64,000 bases of DNA, from contig JBHGNT010000011.1 of NCBI GenBank assembly GCA_043228905.1, positions 21,142,001-21,206,000 on the forward strand, given 5' to 3'. The notes beneath the pieces are model-generated. The model saw only the letters and a program-made list of their open reading frames with translations, was not told the origin of the DNA and did no database searches. The position numbers and the translations under genes are program-made. Shown here in pieces: positions 29,601 to 40,291 of the stretch. Each line of letters begins with the position of its first letter. Within the stretch, counting starts at the first letter, position 1. This DNA comes from Azolla caroliniana (Eukaryota; Plantae; Polypodiophyta).

Positions 29601-31038
29601 TCAAGCAAATGCATGTACATAGACAAGTGGCAAGGATCTCCTTGCCATCAGGTCATCATAAGAATACCCAACATGGAGACACTATAAAATAACAGCCAAC
29701 GGAAGCAACACTAGGTTGACGAATTGTTAGTGTCAGCTCCCCTATGGGCAGCTCCAACTGAAGGCAGAACAATGATCTTGAAATACAGGAGTGGATTGGG
29801 TTGGGATTGTTGTGATAGGGCAGGGGATAGTCTAATGGGTCAAACAATTAACTTTGAGAAAAAAAAAGAGAAGCAACGATATCAAACCTTGACCATATAT
29901 CACCATAAAATAAACATTTTACAAACAAAAAGCTTTCAGAAAAACATAGTAGATATCAAACATGACCACAAATAACCATAGAAGCAAACATTTTGCTCAA
30001 AAAATAGAAGATACCAAAACATCATCACCCAAACTACCATTTTTTGTACTACAGGCATTGAGAAAGTAGTACATATCAAATGTTTTCCTTCAGAATGAGA
30101 TCCAAGAAACCAGTAGATATACAAAAATCTGGCCATTTAATCATATTATGCAAAACAAATTTTTTTCGAACTATCAACCTTCGGAAAAAAAGTGTAAGAT
30201 TATCATCATCGTGTAAAACAAAACGTTTTCCTAGAATAAAAATCTTTGGAAAGGAGAGTGATAAATCACCATCCTTCATATCAAACGTCTTTCTAGACTA
30301 AAATCGTAAGGGAAGAGGTAGATCATCATCTCCAGAGAAAAACAAGTTTTTGGCTAAAAGACTTGAGAAAGATAAGTGTAGAACATCATCATCACCATAA
30401 AAGAAAGCACTTTTTTAAACTAAAAGTGTTTCACTTACCAACCAAGTATCCTGAGACCATGTGTTGTGGCGAGCATCAAGAAACCTCTCATTCACAACTC
30501 GCCATGCTTCTTCGATGATGGATTCATTAGTCACTATTTCAGGTCTAGAAGAAGACTCTGAAGACCTTCTGTTATCAGAGCATCCGGATGAATCATTCAA
30601 TGGAGGGGCATTTGATACATCGTTGAATATAGTATCTCCTTCTCCCCCTCCTCTACTATGATCTGCGAGCAGAAAGCTAGCAGGAGCAGTACAATTTATA
30701 TTTCCTATGGCGTTGTAATGTGAAACTTGTGAGGAAACGGTTTCTGGAATGTGCAGAGACGAAGCTTGTGCCGAGATAGACGAAACGGCAAGGGAAAGGA
30801 CTGCAGAAGAAGCCAACAAAAAGCGTTTACCAGACATTGCTGCATCTTGTTGCAGAGCTTCGACATTTGTAGAAGAAGAAGATGATGTTATAGGTATGAT
30901 GCCACTACTAGCATTATTATACCTCGATCTTGTAGCAGGGCATGGAAGGAAACAGGATGAAGCCATGGAAGCATGGTGGCTCGACAGAGAATGGGGTCCC
31001 AGGACCGTCGTCGTCGTCATCATCATCACCACAACCAC
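23695..31038 (-). CDS. CTPA1: Carboxyl-terminal processing peptidase (S41A; CtpA/D1-protease family, CTPA1-like), thylakoid-lumen targeted, ~12 exons
   Basis: Exon 1 (30439-31038) has a transit peptide, a hydrophobic AQA signal and EEAWRVVNERFLD. Later exons: MLSGLNDPYSRF, YDMTGVGL (PDZ), VGYIKLKEFNAVA, LDLRDNPGGLVQ, VLVNEHTASASEI (catalytic Ser), GRRTFGKGLIQ (catalytic Lys), VGKYVTPNHQDIDGNGILPD. Stop TGA at 23695. The exact start Met is uncertain. Confidence 0.9.
24483..24738. repeat. Near-perfect 2-copy duplication, 126-bp period (CTPA intron)
   Basis: ACCAGCAGAAGCAGACAG...CTCTCTGGAAAC at 24483 and 24609; it explains the repeated ORF 24456..24707. Confidence 0.92.
24951..25128. repeat. 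Diverged 2-copy duplication, 122-bp spacing (CTPA intron)
   Basis: GAGAATCTCAA..CCTAAGCA..TTACTACCTTCATGTGA at 24951 and 25073. Confidence 0.7.
27620..29120 (+). mobile_element. Decayed Ty3/gypsy LTR-retrotransposon pol fragment (RT-RNase H) inside CTPA intron 1, antisense to the host gene
   Basis: Fragments TKVELCSTYNLIPIRDGHEWETTFKT, F.VTNAP..F, VIIYLDYILIYS (YLDD-like), EFLGY, FLGLA..PLT..TKQDVPFEWT..FTTAPIL.H..VLEVNTSNLALGSVLS, HQNLEYF. Many stops and frameshifts. Confidence 0.85.
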
Positions 31039-32797
31039 ATGCTTCCTTCTTCTTCATCATCTTCACAACCATGAAGTTGGGTTTTAATTGCTACTTCGAT
31101 AGAATCTCTCTGGAATCTCGAGGTCTTTCAAAATTAGAGTAAAAAACACTTTGAGCCTATGCCATCTATTTGGCGCTGGGTGTATTCACACGCTTCCCCA
31201 ATATTAAAAAAAAACAAATGCTGCTTTCGAGACAAGAGAAGGTGAAGAGGGTATGTGGATTTATTTGAAAGTCCATTTCGTGTTTGGAGATAGCATGCTA
31301 GGCTTGGGTTGGTGTTTCCATCTTCTATTTAGAGCCTAGGATATGCATGTAGGAAGAGGAAATTTACGAGTGCAATTTGCTTCTTTTGTATTTTGTCATT
31401 GGAACATAACACACATAGCTTTGTCACTCGTCTTGAGTCATGACAAGTCTAGACATATATCTACAATTTGGGCATCCATAACTAGGTTTTCAAATCCTTG
31501 CTTCAACTAGATTCCCTTCGGTCATTCATTATCACAAATTCAAATACTTTTTCATTTTCTTGAGACTTGGGGGCTATGCAATACTAGGCATGTGCAAGAT
31601 GAATTCATGTTTACTTCCTCGATTGATTGTTACATTATACGATTTCATAGGTCTAGGGCATCTTTCTAGTCTTTAGTGGTTCATTACAGTCCTTTGTGTA
31701 TCATAGGACCCTTTGACATCTGATCCATATCATAAACCTTTGATTAGAATATATTTCATAAACTATGGTATATGCTTCATATCTTCCCTTAACACAAGAC
31801 AATTAGTGTATTACGAGACCCTTAGACATATATACAAAAGCTAGTATGATTTGACTGGTACTGTTACCATATTCAAACAATATTGGAACATTGATATTTA
31901 ATATTCTTAAACCATTTGAGATTTTATCATGAGAAGACAATAATATTGTTTATACATTGCTCATTACACGCTATTTTTCTGCTATCTTACATTTGGGGAG
32001 GATAGTATGTTGTAGGGTCTAATTGAGAAATCCATATACATGAAATTTCCAATACACTAACACTAAAATGATACATAGATCACAGTTTACATCAATTTGC
32101 ACCTCTACCTGAAAAAGACCCTACACGTTAAAGGTGACCAATCCTAGAAACAATCAGCAAAGTGTGCAAGCATGATTTTAATTAGGATCATGAGAAGGCT
32201 AGGCTAATACACATTGACATTTCATTAACATGAATTTTTTTTTCAATGAAGGAATGGACAGTATAGTTGATCATATATGATAGACGTCCTAGATGGAGAA
32301 ACATTATATAATCTAGCTGTCATTGATACATAAAGATGCAAATTGCATTTTACGGTAAAATTTACAATTCAAATTTGCTTTTGCAACTCTAGTACGATCA
32401 TCATTTAAATATGTGATCTTTACCCTCTAGATTCTTTCTAGCATTTGTTCTTGCACATCAATGTTGTTAGCACCCACTTTATGCATTACCACCTTGCCCA
32501 TAATAACTGAAAACATGCCTATTCCTCTTTGCCTTCAAACATCAGGAAAATTTATCTGGTGCCACATCTTCAAATAGTTATTACATGTCGAAAATGCACA
32601 GAAATTAATGACTTCCCACTGAAACACTTCATATAGAAGTGTGCTAGCATTATACGAAAATATCGTTAATAGCCAAGCCATAAGCCAAATGGCATACATG
32701 ATATGGTTCCACAAATATCATTCCAAGATTTCACTGCTATATTATCTGGTACCTCTAAATGAAGATGTACATTGCATTTATTTGCCTCCACGAGCTT

Positions 32798-35700
32798 TCA
32801 CTTGAATTCTCCATGTGCAAACCATTGCCATAGAACAGCCTGCAATGGTGATGCACTTAATCATCAACATTTTCTTTAGTTCTCAACTCAAAGCGACAAG
32901 GACAAAACACCAAAATATCCATGCATTGTAATATGATCATTTGAAGAACCCCATTCATTGATATGATTACTGATGTGGAGTGAAATATGAATAAGAAACA
33001 GAACTGAGAAGTCTTCCTTCTTGGACTTGTGATATAAAATGTAGTTGCAAATATGGTATTAGAGAATAGTAATGTCGTAAATTTGAAAGCGTGAGTATAT
33101 TTTGGTGTTTTTCTCTAAATAAAATGTTTTTTGTTAAAGGTATATAATATTGTAAAAATATACCGGACATACAGGACTTGTCTTCAAGCCCTCCTCGAGT
33201 TCAAAGTTAGAAACCAAAAGCTTGACAGGGCAAAACTGTACAGCAATACTGTGTCTTCTACCATCAGCAAACATGACGAGTTGTCTATCCAACAAGTTCT
33301 CAAATGCCTAGCAATTAATCAAAAGACTATGGGATTTCAAGGATACCATTACATATGACACACTTGAAAGACTTCAACTAATTTATCACATACACCACTT
33401 ACTCTTTGACAAACTTCATACGTGTACAAATCGCAGGTATTATGACTATCATGAAGACTCTTATACTCTGTCGATCAGGAAAATGATATATAAATTGCAT
33501 ACCTCACCAGAAATATATATTGACGACTTGCACAGAGAAGAGTTAAGAGGCACAACTAACCCTTGAAGACCGTAGTAAAATTATATGTTTCACGTTCTTG
33601 CGCTTCTAGTCGTTTCATTGATACCAAAAGGTAAAGTTCCAAAACAGAAGCATCTGTATATGCACCAAGCAAAGCAATTTCAAGTAGCATGTCCACAAAG
33701 TTAGGACATCAATAAGATATAGTGTCAAGGAGCCAAAAACTATGATTGCAACCAATAATCTGCAAGAATTGAAAACATTAAAATATTTTTGTTCCTTGCA
33801 TATCTGAAACTGCAAGCTAACTAATACTAATAAAAGAAACAAGACTCAACGTCAAATATATTTGCCAAAAATCTCATTAACTTTATGCTCATCTTTTGGA
33901 AAGGATTTAGTAAGGTCTCTCCTATTTTAAATACCTTTTAAGGATTCAAGTTTCGAGTGCCTCCTTACTGAAAGAGATGCTCCTTTCAAATTGGAAACAG
34001 TGAGAAGACCATACTTCCGATCAACTGCACAAACTGCCATGAAGCTGAAAAGATTTCATATTACATCAACAAAAGACCTCATGTCCACATTTCTCGAACT
34101 GACATCATAAGGTAAACTATCTTACAGGAAGTTGATAATGTGACGAGGGCTCAGATCTGTGCTTGTTATTGTTCCAAGAATATCAATCACTTCCTTGTTA
34201 TTAAATAGTTCCTAAAAGGAGTGTTAGAACAGGGATATGAATCAGTATAATAAATTTATTGCAAAAGTCTAAAGCATAAATGCATCAATTAATCATGATA
34301 TATTCCCAAGTTATCTTTGAAGGATGTGCAATACAAATAATTTGTTTACATAGCTCTAAAAAGTTGTTTTTATGAAAGGATACCATAGTAGTAGAATTGA
34401 ACTTTTCAGAAAAACTTGCATCCAAAACTTCTGAATTAATTGGCAAGGAGAGAAGTTGAGGCAAAAGTCTGCATCATGGACATTGCATTAAAATATGCTA
34501 AAGTTGTTGGCCGAATGAAGTTTAAGGAGAATAAGGATTACAATTCTATACTTCTGAAGATCTTCCACTAAAGGAGGATTAAATAGAATTTTCCTATGTG
34601 AAAAGCGTGACCTCACTCGTTTCTCCAACAGTTGATCAGCATCCTAGACCAGTACTCAATAGGCATTAGAGCATAAACAAAATGAGTTCTTATCAAAAAC
34701 CAAAGAGCCAATCATATATACCAGACGACAGCTAAGTCCAATTACAGCAGCTTGTGAATCTTTAGCTTGCATAATGTTGAGAAGGTTGTAAAGCAGTTTT
34801 TGCTTAGATATCTGAGGAACAAAGATTCAATGTGAATATGTGGCATGCAGATATTTTCGTTTATAAGAATATCATTGGTACCTGAGCGAATAGATCAAAG
34901 TCATCTAATATGAACACAACTGTTTTGTGGGACAATGCACATTCCCTGTTCACAAATAGTAAGTACGGGGTACTTGAATAAATTCAAATTCCTATGCCAG
35001 CTAGATTCACTGATCTTGCCTTAGCATGTTTGTCAGAAACTGAGAATTGTCGTCAAAAGAAGCCTGCAGATAATGAACACAAGAAAAATGAAATTCTGAA
35101 ATGAATTAGTTAAAATGTCTTTCCTTACAACTATTTTAGCAAGAAAAAGCAGTCGACAGTAGTTTTCATCAAATGATCAAAAAAAGTGAAAGAAGAATAA
35201 TAATATGTAGCCACAATTTTAATCTGGAACAATTGATATCTGAGCAAACAAACTTACATTCTTAGAATAGGCAAGCTGATTGTCTACACATAGCTGTTTG
35301 GCAATTTCCTGTGAGTTTACATGCATAAAAATTTCAATGTTGTTATGCCTCATCTTCCTTCACATAGATCCATTGACATGTTACATTATGAAGAAAACCC
35401 TCCCATTGGTTAGAGTCTGGATTCTGTGCATCGTTATTGTTTTTAGAGAAAGTGTGGAGACCCTAGATCACAGAGTTGACGTATCACACTAGGTCCTACT
35501 ATGGCTCGACTTTAATATTTATCATTAGTTAGTTAATTCTGCATAGTTATTGTTGTTAGAAAAAGTGTGGAGGCATTAGATAACAAAGTTGGCATAACAT
35601 TAAGGCTTAAGGTCTCCTTGTGAAGGATAGCTGAGGACAAACGGAGAGTGTTTTCCAAGTTGTCAACAAACTCGCTCCTCATGATAATTGCTCCTTTATA

Positions 35701-37648
35701 CCATTTGTATAGAATCTAGCTGAAACTTGAACTTTCTCACCCTTCATGCCATGCCTATGGGTGGCACAGGAAGACACATCTATCATTGACATAGTTTAGT
35801 CATCTCTTGATATGTCCAGGTGAGCATCACAGGATCTCTGTTCCACAACTTCTATATTTCTATGAATTTCATAAAGTGCTTTATTAATTTAATATTTACT
35901 CATTTATGAAGTCCCTTCAACAGTTTCGGGAATGAAATGCGTCTTCTTGCATTGATCTACAAAGTCATGTGATAGGAAGTTTTCTAAGAGTAAAATGATG
36001 CATTGTGGAAGCTTTTAAGTGATAATTTATTACTTCACACAATGCCAAATGGCAGATCTATGTATTATGTGCTTTTGCACTTCTTTTGTCTTTGCAAACT
36101 CAGAGGAATATCTTTAAGGCTTAACTTCATTACAGTGGGAGAAATTTGGACAATATGTAAGATAGGTGTCAGCTATATTTGATGGAACTTCCTCTTTTAG
36201 TGAGGAACTTATAGCTTTGTACAACCATGATGATTTAAAGAAGAGAAATTCTCTTGGCGTAAAAATTAGTGACAATTTAATAAAAGAAATGAAGAAAACT
36301 GACCTTAAGAGCCGAATAATCATCAGTATGAAGAAGCCCACTCAACCTGACCTGAAAAAATGTGTACTCGTTACAAAACATCAGAGAATATACCTTGGAA
36401 GAGAAAGCAAAGATGTATACTTCAGCATATCCTAACAATCTTGATGACAGCTAAATAAAAAAATAGGAGACAAGAAGTGAAGGAGACACTCACGAAGGTA
36501 GCTCTATCAGGATACTGAAGATGGATTTCTTCCACTACTTGATTGATAACCTGTAAGTTTGTGGAAGACACGAAGGTAGCTCTATCAGGATACTGAAGGT
36601 GGAGTTTATTCACTACTCAATCAATGACATGTCAGTTTGCTGCATACCAAATAGCGAAACAAAAACACAAGAGCTCACCATAGTCTTCCCACAACCTCGA
36701 GGACCGAGAAGCAAAACAGAGTTGTTTGATGCATGGCACACAGTTTGAGATAAAAGCTCGAACAATTTCCTGAACAGACAAAGCAGCAGGGTATGATCTA
36801 CATCAAAGACCTGCAAAATTGAAGACTGAGGCAAGATTGAAGAGTTGTTTGATGCAAGGCTTTCTGTTTAGATCAAAGATTGAACTATTTTCTGAAAGAA
36901 TAATGAAACCGATAAGATCTTGAGGATCCAGTGGCTAAATGGATCTGTTTAATGAGTGGTCTCTTCTAAACTGATACAGAACTGTACAGATCAAATCTCC
37001 ACTATTTTTCTGAACACATTATGATCTAGAACCAAGAATATGAACACTCAAAGTATAAGATTAAACAGTTTTCTGATCAGATATATCAACGATTTATTCT
37101 CTAGATGCAATTTTCTGATTGAAAAACGGATCTTTTATGCAACATCGAAAGATGAAAATGCTTCAACGGCTTTTTCTGAATCCATATAGAGTAGCAGTTT
37201 TCTGAAGTTTTTGCTGTAATGCAGACAGTTTGTGACAAAAGACCAATGAATACCCTGAATTCATAGTGAATATCATCTAAAGATAAAAATTCTGTCACGT
37301 GTTTGGAGCAAGGTTTTTGTTAAAAAGAGAAATTTATTTTCATACTTAGAATCAGTTCGTCGAAGAATCTCGAGCAGTTACTCCGAAGTGATGAGAGAAG
37401 CAAGAGATCCAAAGATTGAAGAAGAAAACCTGTAAAGTTAGAACGTGTCTTACGCACCGTTTGTTCTCTTGGGCCTCGGGAAGCAACAGGGAAGAAGGAG
37501 GAGTGCGACACAGACGAGATCGAAGCAAAGATATGGCTTTGGAAGTAGTGACAGTAATGTCGCCATCGCTGATATGTGGAACAGAAGCCATGTTGTGAGG
37601 ATGGTAGTCTTCGACATAGCGACGCTTTCTGGTAGGGGAGCTCACCAT
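32798..37648 (-). CDS. ORC4: Origin recognition complex subunit 4 (16 exons)
   Basis: Exons 37458-37648, 36679-36769 (Walker A LLGPRGCGKT), 36494-36550, 36304-36351 (VRLSGLLHTDD), ~35259-35309 (EIAKQLC), 35020-35063 (ASFDDNSQF), ~34882-34945 (Walker B FILDDFDLFAQ), KQKLLYNL, LEKRVRSRFSHR, then SVLELYLLVSM, AFENLL..PVKLLVS and AVLWQWFAHGEFK* (stop 32798). Confidence 0.93.
34212..34383 (-). other. U12-type (minor spliceosome) GT-AG intron in ORC4
   Basis: Donor ATG|GTATCCTTTC matches the U12 5' consensus. A branch-like TTCTAAC lies ~13 nt upstream of TAG|GAA. The join is phase 0 and in frame. Confidence 0.75.
34946..35019 (-). other. GC-AG intron in ORC4
   Basis: CTAAG|GCAAGA...AACAG|GGAATGT restores MLRECAL, like MLRECG in angiosperm ORC4 as recalled. 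An in-frame GT lies 9 nt downstream. Confidence 0.65.
35433..35605. repeat. Diverged 2-copy duplication, 113-bp period (ORC4 intron)
   Basis: GTTATTGTT.TTAGA.AAAGTGTGGAG...TAGAT.ACA.AGTTG at 35433 and 35546. Confidence 0.75.
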
Positions 37649-37681
37649 GCCTCCTGCTGTTTCTTTTGTTTTCCTTGGAAG

Positions 37682-37695
37682 GAAATGGCGGGAAG
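37682..37695 (-). promoter_or_regulatory. E2F-like site ~35-45 nt upstream of the ORC4 ATG
   Basis: Minus strand reads CTTCCCGCCATTTC, one mismatch to TTTCCCGCC. ORC genes are established E2F targets in plants. Confidence 0.5.
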
Positions 37696-37859
37696 GGAAT
37701 TGAACTGTTCCTTTATTTTTGGTAGCGAATACTCCACTCCCTTTTGTTGGGGAGGAACACAGACATGTGAGCACGATATACATGGACATATGTATATGTA
37801 TGATGATCGAGACAGAGAAAGAAAGAAACATACATTACATGATGTTTTCTAAGACCAAA

Positions 37860-38655
37860 TTTGGCCCATGATTGAGGAACCATGGAAAGATTGGTCATTT
37901 GGTACTCGAAGATCGATGTTTGTGGTGCTCACTAATGATGTATACCATAAGTTGGTTGAAGCTAGAGCTTGGTTAGCAAATAAGGTTTTGGATACATTGC
38001 ACGTTACTCGACACTCAAAGTGGTGGTGTCGAGTTTTAGATGCAGGATAGTTGTCTCATCTTCCATTTCGTGCAAAGGTGTTTCCTTTGGCGTGCAATGG
38101 GGCGTGCAATGGTCAGTGGGTTGCCTTTGGCGATGGCTTTAAAATGAAGACATATTTCAAATTGGACATGTTCTTTTTGTAATGTGGTTGACGACGATGG
38201 CAAACATAGTTTCATTACATGGTCGATTGCTAAAGCCATTTGGGTAGTTATATCACAATTTTGGGCATCAATTAGAGGAAGTTCTTTGTCACCGTTTGAG
38301 TGGTTCTCATTGATGGTGCTAATACTCTACCCATGCTATCATATCAGGTGGTGTTTGATTACCGTCAATATTGGATGATGTGGTTTAACTAGACCATGAT
38401 AAATGGGTTCTTGTTCGATGGACTTTGTGGGTTACCACAACAACTCTATAGGATGAAAGGGAAGTTGATTTGCCAAATTCTGCAACTATGTTGTATGGGG
38501 TTGTTGTCCCGAGATGAACTAGATTTATGTCATCTAGTATTACAACACATGAGAGGGTTTACTTTGCCATATCATTACTAATGAAGTAGTGGAGATAACA
38601 AGGGTTGTGTTATTGTCTTCTTTTAATAACAAGCATACATTTATGAGAAAAAAAG
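37860..38655 (+). mobile_element. LINE (L1-like) ORF2 3' remnant with zf-RVT zinc-binding region
   Basis: Disrupted reading LPFRAKVF/LWRAMVSGLPLAMALK*RHISNWTCSFCNVVDDDGKHSFITWSIAKAIW matches the plant non-LTR 'KxFLW..LP..L..C.FC..H.F..A..W' pattern. It ends near an A-run at ~38648. Confidence 0.7.
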
Positions 38656-38740
38656 GAATAGATCCCATTTTCTTCCCTCTCTCTAGAAGTCAATTGATTG
38701 ACCAACTGCCTATTGTCAAATAGTCCATTGATGTTCACGT

Positions 38741-39037
38741 CGCACCCAGGTATTGTATGAAGATCACGATGATTAGGGCCATTTCACATGAACTCAGAAT
38801 AACTCGCTTTAGCCAAACATGAGTGTAAGCAAAAAAACAAGGTGGAGGTGGAATCGCACCCATATATTGTATGAAGATCATGATGATTAGGGTCATTTCA
38901 CATGAACTTAGAATAACTTGCTTTAGCCAAACATGAGTGTAAGCAAAATAGCAAGGTGGAGGTGGAATTGAACCCAGATATTGTATGAAGATCACGATGA
39001 TTAGGGCCATTTCACATGAACTTAGAATAACTCGCTT
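38741..39037. repeat. 114-bp tandem repeat, ~2.6 copies
   Basis: Units start at 38741, 38855 and 38969 (ACCCA.(G/A)TATTGTATGAAGATCA.GATGATTAGGG.CATTTCACATGAACT). Confidence 0.92.
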
Positions 39038-40291
39038 CCAAATTTTTGTGAGATGTCAATACTGCATAACTATTTGTGCATGTTTATCATACAGATATCA
39101 AGAATATGGCATTTGAATGATTTGAAAGCTCTACTATGTTTGTCCTAAGGATACAACTTGAGTTCAAATTTACCCCTCCACTTGGGCATCAATGTCCTTA
39201 TATCAATTCCCCCATTTTCAACACTTAAAAACAAGTTCCATGTTGATAAGCTCCCTTTTAAAGTTCGCCATAAGCATTAAAAACTATGATCGTACACGTA
39301 TGTCATTTCCCTTCTATTGATTACAATTGTGTTTCTCATCTATCACGAATCACAAAAATTTGCTAACAACAACACATGATATTTTAATGTATGAATAAGG
39401 TAATGTTGTATTTTTATTGTATCCTTGTGGCTATTACTCAATGTCAATAGTAGATATAGAGGATTTATCATTTGGAGTGTGTGGTAATTACATAGAACTC
39501 TCCAATACAAGTAGCATTTTTTCAAAACCCTAATTAACGTTTACCCCAACCACCCAACTCTTCGTAATCTGCACTTAGTCTATCCTAACCCCAATTCATG
39601 TATGTGCCTATTCCACCTTGTCCCTTTCTTTTAATCTCCTCTAAATAAAGTTACACCATTTCTCATTTCTCAATGTAATCCATTAAAAACCTACTTTTAT
39701 ATACTAAGTGTTAATAAGGTCAAAATTTTGTGCCCTGATGGATCTTTTTTCTTCAATCTTTGTGATGTGAAGAGATAAAGTTATGATTTATTTGAAAGTT
39801 TGTTTTTCATTTATTGAAGCCAGATCTGCAATATACCATAACTACAAGTATATAGTTGTATGGTTTATTTCTGTATAGAATCAACCACGTCTTTCTTCCC
39901 TCAAACATTTTTGTTTCCTCAGAAGCCATGGAAGTCTTGAACAGTGGATATGGATGCAGTTGCTGGAGGCGAAGAAGAAGAGAGAGGAAAATAAAGAAGA
40001 AGAAGAAGAAGAAGACAGAGGAAGATTATGAAAAAGAAGAATGCTGAATGAACCATCTTACTTAGTCACAATTCTGTTAAACTCTACGGTTCCTCCTCTC
40101 CGTTTTGTTTTTGTTAAATTCCACCTGTGAAGGAAACTGGAGTTTCTTTCATGCTACTTTTGTAATCTTCGATGTGCAAAATGCAACACCAACCCAATGA
40201 AAAATTAAAGAAAATATAGTGGCTTTGAACAAATCTCATGCCAAACTGAGAATTGGTTAATAGTTGTGCGAAGGAAATTAAGTTTTATTTC

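Noticed and set aside
36394-36450. Apparent extra in-frame 57-nt ORC4 exon (TAG|LSSRLLGYAEVYIFAFSSK|GT)
   Set aside because: The flanking introns would be only ~42-43 nt, and the ORC4 protein is complete without it.
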